24,006 nucleotides of DNA, from contig JAISPE010000293.1 in assembly GCA_031275145.1 (NCBI GenBank), positions 1 to 24,006 on the forward strand, in the 5' to 3' direction. Under the pieces are notes generated by a model. It saw nothing but the letters and a program-made list of their open reading frames with translations, did no database searches and had not been told where the DNA came from. How positions within the stretch are numbered: the stretch's first letter is position 1; each line of letters begins with the position of its first letter. The translations under genes and the position numbers were made by a program. Positions 18,377-24,006 of this stretch are shown piece by piece. The DNA is from Prevotellaceae bacterium. GTDB taxonomy: Bacteria > Bacteroidota > Bacteroidia > Bacteroidales > UBA932.

Positions 18377-18827
18377 TTTGATTTGGTCTCGTTTTTTTTA
18401 TCAGTTCATTAATTGTATCAACGGTTTTATCTACTAAGGCATTGATGTCCTTTGTAGCTTGGGGATCGGTATTCTCTGTAACGGTTTTATCTACTATGGT
18501 ATTGATGTCCTTTGTAGTTTGGTGATCGGTATTCTTTGTAACGGTTTTATCTACTATGGTATTGATGTCATTAATAGTCTTATTAATGACATTAATAGTC
18601 TTATCAAGACTGTCGGCTATTTTATTGAGACCGTCATCCATATTATCAGTGTCATCATTGTCAACGTTATCAATGTAATTTATAAAATCGGTATTCTCGG
18701 TAACGGTTTTATCTACTATGGTATTGATGTCCTTTGTAGTTTGGCGATCGGTATTAATGTCATTAATCATTAAGAATTTTCTCAAAAATCCGGGGAAACT
18801 CTTCTTTGGATAATTGATAAAGATCAT
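18363..18827 (-). CDS. Hypothetical low-complexity D/N/T/K-rich protein with 20-aa tandem repeats (DINTIVDKTVTENTDxQTTK)
   Basis: The reading frame stays open across all repeats, and the stop overlaps the cyclase-like ATG (14-bp overlap). An alternative start is the ATG at 18770 (MINDIN). Confidence 0.6.
   Translation of the reverse strand: MIFINYPKKSFPGFLRKFLMINDINTDRQTTKDINTIVDKTVTENTDFINYIDNVDNDDTDNMDDGLNKIADSLDKTINVINKTINDINTIVDKTVTKNTDHQTTKDINTIVDKTVTENTDPQATKDINALVDKTVDTINELIKKTRPNQNEKQ
18421..18755. repeat. 60-bp in-frame coding repeat: three tandem copies (third partial) plus one displaced copy
   Basis: ACGGTTTTATCTACTA starts at 18421, 18481, 18541 and 18703; the following ATTGATGTC(C/A) and GATCGGTATT segments are also conserved between copies. 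Confidence 0.92.
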
Positions 18828-18869
18828 AAGACTGACTGGATAATTTGGATTTTGACGGGTTATTCTGCA

Positions 18870-19063
18870 TCATATTTCAAATCTTTTTTTTAATATGGAG
18901 CGATCAAAAGTTCTCCATTTATTAAGCCGGTATCGTTCTATATACAGCTTTTTCAACTTCTTTTTAATATCAGGGTCTTCAAAGGATCAATATCCTCAGC
19001 ATCCGACACATTAAATACCACAGAACCACTCTTTACTTCGTTGTTTAATTTAACTTTTATCAT
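18870..19063 (-). pseudogene. Possible small frameshifted gene (about 64 aa if repaired) at the head of the cyclase-like operon
   Basis: ATG at 19063 gives MIKVKLNNEVKSGSVVFNVSDAEDIDP, then a stop at 18953-18955. Adding one T at 18981-18983 continues the frame as FEDPDIKKKLKKLYIERYRLNKWRTFDRSILKKRFEI* to 18870. It lies just downstream of a promoter motif. Confidence 0.3.
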
Positions 19064-19120
19064 TATTTTTATTACTTAATTATTATCCCGTTATGCGTAA
19101 AAATATTTAATACACGGGCG

Positions 19121-19128
19121 CAAAGTTA
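19121..19128 (-). promoter_or_regulatory. -7 element (TAACTTTG) driving the minus-strand cyclase-like island
   Basis: Plus strand CAAAGTTA equals TAACTTTG on the minus strand, followed by CGCCCG and preceded by an AT-rich tract. Confidence 0.55.
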
Positions 19129-19415
19129 ATATCTTTTTTTGAATTAAAAAAAATTAATCGGATATTTTCAGTCATTCTGCGAATTTACCCAAACTGTTAC
19201 TGTTTAAACTGTATGCCGGAATACCGCAAAGTTTTAACTGTATATGACAGCCTGGTGTTGTCTGCGTTTTTCGCGGTTTAATGTTTGACCGGACATGTGG
19301 AGGCCATCGCGACGCCCGTCGCAACCGTTTTTCATGAGCGATTACTAAAAACGGTGCGGTTATGAAAATCAATTCTCTTCGGGACTTTTAACATATTTTT
19401 AACAGACATAAAAAA

Positions 19416-19431
19416 TACTTTTGTACTTTTG
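19416..19431 (+). promoter_or_regulatory. Tandem -7 elements (TACTTTTG x2) upstream of the GT39-like gene
   Basis: TACTTTTG at 19416-19423 and 19424-19431, the second followed by CGGC. Confidence 0.55.
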
Positions 19432-19453
19432 CGGCGGAAAAAATTATTGACTT

Positions 19454-21175
19454 GTGTCTATTGGAAGTTATATGTATAATATAAAGCGACTTGTTTTTGC
19501 AATAAATCCGAAACGGTTTTTCCTGTGTTTCTCAGTGATATGGATATTGACGAATCTCGTACAGTCTGTTTATACCGAAATACACAGCGACGAAGCATAC
19601 TATTTAATATATGGAGAAAATCCGGCGTGGGGTTACTTTGACCATCCGCCTGCGGTCGGGCTGATGACATATATCTCCGGCCTGTTTTTTTCGGGTAATC
19701 TGGCCGTACGGTTTTTGACCGTTTTGTTTCAGTTTTTTACTCTTGTTTTCATTTGGAAACTGATTGACGGAAAGTTAGCGGATACGGGAAAGGTTGTTTT
19801 ATTTGCGATTATTTCGAGTTCGACAGTAATGTTTCAGGCATACGGTTTTATAACAACTCCGGATGTTCCGTTTCTTTTCTTTACAGCGTTATTTTTAATT
19901 GTTTACAAAAGATTTCTTCGCGGGGAATCATGGGGAAACGTCTGTTTGCTTGCCATTTCCATGGCGGGAATGATTTACAGCAAATATCATGCGGTACTTG
20001 TTATCGGGCTGATATTGCTGTCCAATCCGCGAATACTTGCCCGTTACAGATTCTGGCTTGCCGGACTTTTTGCGACTGGATTGCTTATTCCCCATATTTA
20101 TTGGCAGATAAGTATGGATTTTCCGAGTTTCAAATATCATTTGAGCGACAGGAGCAGCCATTTCAGATGGAGCTATTTTTTAGAATATATACCAAATCAG
20201 TTAGCTGTTTTTAATCCGTTTACATTTGCCGCCGCAATATACATATCCGTAAAATACAAACCGAAGGACGTATTCGACAGAGGGTTGTATTTCCTTTTTA
20301 CCGGATTTATTCTTTTCTTCTGGATAATGAGTTTCAGAGGACATGTTGAGCCGCACTGGACTGTCGTCTGTACCATTCCGATGATTATATTGGTTTACAG
20401 ATATTCCTTACAGGACAGGCGGGTGATGAAATATGTGAAATACGGTATATTTCCCTCGATAGCTTTGATTTATCTTGCACGCGTGCTGCTTGTTGCCGAT
20501 GTGTTGCCCAAACGTCTGGATTTCTACGGTAAAGAAGAAAGATACAAAGCCATCGAAACCGTTGCAGGCGAGTTGCCTGTGATATTCACCGGCTCGTTTC
20601 AGAATCCTTCTAACTATCATTTTTTTACGGGAAAAGAATCTACGGTTTTGAGTGCGGTAAACACACGCAAAACCCAGTTCGATATTCTGCAAAAAGAACT
20701 GGATTATCAGGGGAAACCGGCGCTTGTCTGTGCCGTAATACCGGATAAATCGCAGGAATATAACGTAGACGGGGTAAAATTCCATGCCTTCAAAGCGCAG
20801 AATTTCCAGTCGGTAAACAGGCTGGAAATTAACTTCGAACTGCAAAACAAAGAAGTTTATATAAACGATACACTGCATATTACATTCGAAATATCCAATC
20901 CGACCGGTTTCACCGCCGATTTCCGTCATCCGGAATTTCCCGTAAGCTGGAAAGCAGTGTATCATACCGATATAAAGAAATTTGAGTTTCGGGACTGTAT
21001 TATCGACGGAGAAATAACAACTCTTCCGGCGCATACAAAAATCAAAGGCGTACTGAAAACCGCTGTTCCCGATTTGGATGTCAGTGATTGCCGGTTTGCA
21101 TTATCGCTTGACAATACGGTCTGTTATGCTCAAAACAGTAAATTTGTATTACTTAGTCTTAAAAAAAATGATTGA
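19454..21175 (+). CDS. GT-C fold glycosyltransferase, family 39/ArnT-PMT-like, with a soluble C-terminal domain
   Basis: Multi-TM protein with DEAYY, GYFDHPP, TPDVP, SKYHAV, PHIYWQ and VEPHW motifs. The likely start is the ATG at 19472 rather than the GTG at 19454. Confidence 0.82.
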   Translation: MSIGSYMYNIKRLVFAINPKRFFLCFSVIWILTNLVQSVYTEIHSDEAYYLIYGENPAWGYFDHPPAVGLMTYISGLFFSGNLAVRFLTVLFQFFTLVFIWKLIDGKLADTGKVVLFAIISSSTVMFQAYGFITTPDVPFLFFTALFLIVYKRFLRGESWGNVCLLAISMAGMIYSKYHAVLVIGLILLSNPRILARYRFWLAGLFATGLLIPHIYWQISMDFPSFKYHLSDRSSHFRWSYFLEYIPNQLAVFNPFTFAAAIYISVKYKPKDVFDRGLYFLFTGFILFFWIMSFRGHVEPHWTVVCTIPMIILVYRYSLQDRRVMKYVKYGIFPSIALIYLARVLLVADVLPKRLDFYGKEERYKAIETVAGELPVIFTGSFQNPSNYHFFTGKESTVLSAVNTRKTQFDILQKELDYQGKPALVCAVIPDKSQEYNVDGVKFHAFKAQNFQSVNRLEINFELQNKEVYINDTLHITFEISNPTGFTADFRHPEFPVSWKAVYHTDIKKFEFRDCIIDGEITTLPAHTKIKGVLKTAVPDLDVSDCRFALSLDNTVCYAQNSKFVLLSLKKND

Positions 21176-21554
21176 CATACCATTTCTTCTAAAATTTTTA
21201 AAATTTTGTGCAGTCGGTTTTTCCGGAATGGTTCTTGATTTCGGAACTACATGGACGATGAAAGAAAAATTGAAAATAAACAAGTATATTGCAAACAGTT
21301 GCGGCTTTATTCTGGCGGCCTCGTCCAATTACATTTTAAACCGCGTCTGGACGTTTGAGAGTCACCGTACGCAAATCGTCTCCGAATATTTTTCATTTGT
21401 AGGCATTTCCGTTGCCGGACTGGCGCTGAACAATCTCATCGTTTATATTTTTTCGGATAAACTGAAATGGAATTTCTATCTCTCGAAATTTTTCGCTATC
21501 GTGGTTGTAACAATGTGGAATTTCGGAATGAATTTTATATTTACATTCAAATAA
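21168..21554 (+). CDS. GtrA family protein (small 4-TM lipid-linked sugar translocase-like)
   Basis: 128 aa from the ATG at 21168, which overlaps the end of the GT39-like gene. Motifs KFCAVGFSGMVLD, NYILNRVWTF and WNFGMNFIFTF. Confidence 0.88.
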   Translation: MIDIPFLLKFLKFCAVGFSGMVLDFGTTWTMKEKLKINKYIANSCGFILAASSNYILNRVWTFESHRTQIVSEYFSFVGISVAGLALNNLIVYIFSDKLKWNFYLSKFFAIVVVTMWNFGMNFIFTFK

Positions 21555-21577
21555 TTATGGATTGTACGATTTTTTCT

Positions 21578-21585
21578 TAATTTTG
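21578..21585 (+). promoter_or_regulatory. -7 element (TAATTTTG) upstream of fabG
   Basis: TAnnTTTG match followed by CA, 42 bp before the fabG ATG. Confidence 0.5.
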
Positions 21586-21627
21586 CATAAAAATTTGAAT
21601 AATAAGTAATAATAAAGTATAGTAATT

Positions 21628-22374
21628 ATGAAACTATTAGAAGGAAAAACAGCATTAATTACCGGAGCAGCCAGAGGTATCGGCAAGGCCATTGCGTTGC
21701 GGTTAGCAGGCGAAGGCGCAAACATTGCATTTACAGACCTTGTTCTGTCCGAAGCAACTGAACAGTTGGAGAAAGAATTACAAACAAACGGAGTTAAGGC
21801 AAAAGGCTATGCATCCAATGCGGCAAAATTCGAAGAAACGAAAACCGTCGTTGAAGAAATCACAAAAGATTTTGGACGTGTAGATATTCTGGTCAATAAC
21901 GCCGGTATCACGAAAGACGGCGCGGTGAAACGCATGACCGAAGAACAGTGGGATGCAGTGATTACCGTAAATCTCAAATCCGTATTTAACTTCACCAGAG
22001 CCATTCAGCCGGTAATGTGGAAGCAGGCAGGCGGAAGCATAATCAATATGAGTTCGGTTGTCGGCGTTTCGGGCAATGCCAATCAGGCCAATTATGCCGC
22101 ATCGAAAGCCGGAATTATCGGGTTTACGAAATCGGTGGCTAAGGAATTTGGCGTGCGGGGTATCCGTTGCAATGCGATTGCTCCGGGATTTATCGAAACC
22201 GAAATGACGGCCGTCCTCCCCGAAGAAATCCGTAAATCGTGGATAGACAGAATCCCTCTTCACCGCGGCGGTACTCCCGACGATGTTGCAAATGTAACCC
22301 TGTTTCTTGCGTCCGATCTGTCCTCGTATGTCAGCGGGCAAGTGATTAATGTTTGCGGAGCAATGAATACCTGA
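21628..22374 (+). CDS. fabG: 3-oxoacyl-[ACP] reductase (SDR family)
   Basis: TGAARGIG, NNAGITKD, NMSSVVG, YAASK catalytic motif, NAIAPGFIETEMT and GQVINVCG. Confidence 0.93.
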   Translation: MKLLEGKTALITGAARGIGKAIALRLAGEGANIAFTDLVLSEATEQLEKELQTNGVKAKGYASNAAKFEETKTVVEEITKDFGRVDILVNNAGITKDGAVKRMTEEQWDAVITVNLKSVFNFTRAIQPVMWKQAGGSIINMSSVVGVSGNANQANYAASKAGIIGFTKSVAKEFGVRGIRCNAIAPGFIETEMTAVLPEEIRKSWIDRIPLHRGGTPDDVANVTLFLASDLSSYVSGQVINVCGAMNT

Positions 22375-22446
22375 CCTGGTATTTTATTGGCAAACGGATA
22401 ACAGCGCCGGATTTTGACCGGGGTATTTTAATATTGTACAATAAAG

Positions 22447-23988
22447 ATGACACTTAAGATTAAAAAAAGTAAAGGGCGGAAAATGTTCCGGCTTTTCGTT
22501 ATCGGACTGACTGCGGGAATCGTGTTGATGTTTTTCGGAAACAAATATCTGGATTATACGTCCACCGACGAATACTGTATGTCGTGCCACATCCACCCCG
22601 CTGCCGACGAATCGTGGCAGCAATCGTCGCATCACAATACAAAAAGCGGCATGGTGATTCACTGCGTCGAATGTCACCTGCCTCCCGAAGGCTCTTTCAA
22701 TCATTTATATACAAAAGGCATGACGGGACTTAAAGACGTTTGGTCGTATTATACGAAAGACAGCGCTTCTTTCGACTGGCAGCAAAGAAGCCGTTTGGAG
22801 TATGCCGTCAAAATCGTTTATAACGAATCGTGCGAAAAATGTCACGAAAATCTCTTTACAACAGGGCTTTCAAGCGAAGGAGCAGTAGCGCATCTCTATT
22901 ATGTCGAAAACAAAGAAAAGCTGGATTTGCAGTGTATCAGCTGTCATCTTGACGTGGGTCATTATAATCCCGATTATTCGCACAAAGCCAGTGACGTGTT
23001 CGGCGCCGACGACAGCGAGCCGCGAGAAATATACGATTCTGCCACAAAATTAACAGGATTCGAAAGTTTCACCGAAAAAGTGCCGGGTACGCCGGTAACA
23101 TTCAACATGATTGCTGTTCCGGGCGGAACATTCAGGATGGGCAGCGTCTCCGGCGAGCCATACAGAAAAGAAGATGAGGGTCCTGTCCGCGAGGTTACCG
23201 TAAGTCCGTTTTATATGAGCGAGGTAGAAGTTGTATGGAGTGACTACGAAGCATTTTTCAGGGAAACACGCTCGGAGGGACGTATCGATCCCAAGGTAAT
23301 AATGGAACGGAATTTAAACGCCGTCGATGCTGTTAGCGGACCGACTCCTTTCTACGGACAGGTTGACCAGGGATGGGGATTCGGAAAAAGTCCGGCAATC
23401 ACAATGTCGCATTATGCGGCACAGACGTACTGTCAGTGGCTGTCAATCAAAACCGGGAAAAAATACCGTCTGCCGACCGAAGCGGAATGGGAATATGCCG
23501 CACGCGGAGGCACGGAAACACCATATTTCTTTGAAGGCAGTCCGAAAAAATTTACCCGCGACAGATGGTGGAACAGAGTGTTCGGCATAGATACTGCCGT
23601 AATTAACACGTACGTTATATACGCCGAAAATTCGGGCGGACGTACGCACCATGCCGACAGGGTAGCGCCCAATCCCTTTGGCCTCAAAAATATGCTTGGA
23701 AATGTAATGGAATACTGTTCCGACTGGTATTCCGAAACGGCATATTCCGACACACCGGATAAGGTAACAGACCCGAAAGGACCGGAAGACGGTATCGAAC
23801 ATGTGGTTAGAGGAGGATCATTCTCGTCGGACGCCAAGGATTTGCGTGTCGCATGCCGGGATTATTCCCGTACGGAAGAATGGATGAAAACCGATCCGCA
23901 GTCACCCAAAAGTATATGGTGGCTTTCCGACTGTATCAAAATAGGATTCAGAGTGGTTTGCGAAGATGAATCGAAATCCGGAAAGTGA
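22447..23988 (+). CDS. NapC/NirT (NrfH-like) tetraheme cytochrome c fused to an FGE-sulfatase (SUMF1) fold domain
   Basis: N-terminal TM helix. CxxCH motifs at 22576-22590 (CMSCH), 22663-22677 (CVECH), 22831-22845 (CEKCH) and 22933-22947 (CISCH). C-terminal FRMG, YRLPTEAEWEYAARGG, PNPFGLKNMLGNV, RGGS and GFRVV motifs. Confidence 0.88.
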   Translation: MTLKIKKSKGRKMFRLFVIGLTAGIVLMFFGNKYLDYTSTDEYCMSCHIHPAADESWQQSSHHNTKSGMVIHCVECHLPPEGSFNHLYTKGMTGLKDVWSYYTKDSASFDWQQRSRLEYAVKIVYNESCEKCHENLFTTGLSSEGAVAHLYYVENKEKLDLQCISCHLDVGHYNPDYSHKASDVFGADDSEPREIYDSATKLTGFESFTEKVPGTPVTFNMIAVPGGTFRMGSVSGEPYRKEDEGPVREVTVSPFYMSEVEVVWSDYEAFFRETRSEGRIDPKVIMERNLNAVDAVSGPTPFYGQVDQGWGFGKSPAITMSHYAAQTYCQWLSIKTGKKYRLPTEAEWEYAARGGTETPYFFEGSPKKFTRDRWWNRVFGIDTAVINTYVIYAENSGGRTHHADRVAPNPFGLKNMLGNVMEYCSDWYSETAYSDTPDKVTDPKGPEDGIEHVVRGGSFSSDAKDLRVACRDYSRTEEWMKTDPQSPKSIWWLSDCIKIGFRVVCEDESKSGK

Positions 23989-24006
23989 AAATGAGATTTT
24001 TTTGCC

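Noticed and set aside
18459-18773. Hydrophobic 104-aa plus-strand ORF as a transmembrane (PycTM-like) effector
   Set aside because: It is antisense to the D/N/T/K-rich repeat gene, whose complement is automatically hydrophobic. It also opposes the island's promoter orientation.
21078-21167. N-terminal extension of the GtrA ORF (158-aa call)
   Set aside because: It overlaps the GT39-like gene; the ATG at 21168 gives a normal-length GtrA.
23991-24006. Start of a following gene (ATGAGATTTTTTTGCC)
   Set aside because: Only 16 bp are visible, so it cannot be supported as a feature.

Overview
Chromosomal window from a Bacteroidota (probably Bacteroidales) genome, judged by the ruvA-sprA pair and repeated TAnnTTTG promoter motifs. 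Housekeeping backbone: long NagB-LmbE fusion, Fsr-type MFS transporter, pepT, sprA (T9SS translocon), ruvA, GT-C/PMT-family glycosyltransferase plus GtrA, fabG, and a tetraheme NapC/NirT cytochrome fused to an FGE-sulfatase-fold domain. Three accessory insertions interrupt it. (1) A 6-repeat CRISPR array with no cas genes in the window, starting 36 bp after the nagB stop with no room for a leader. (2) An AT-rich two-gene module (1014-aa gamma-class N6-adenine methyltransferase plus a separate 222-aa PD-(D/E)XK-like protein) inside the ruvA-sprA-pepT gene run. (3) An AT-rich island at about 16.9-19.1 kb with a minus-strand promoter motif, a possibly frameshifted small ORF, a 20-aa-repeat protein translationally coupled to a non-canonical class III nucleotidyl-cyclase-like gene, and then an array of 16-bp palindromes at 21-bp spacing. 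Island 3 is the best candidate for an undescribed system. All family assignments come from motif recognition by eye; no database searches were run.
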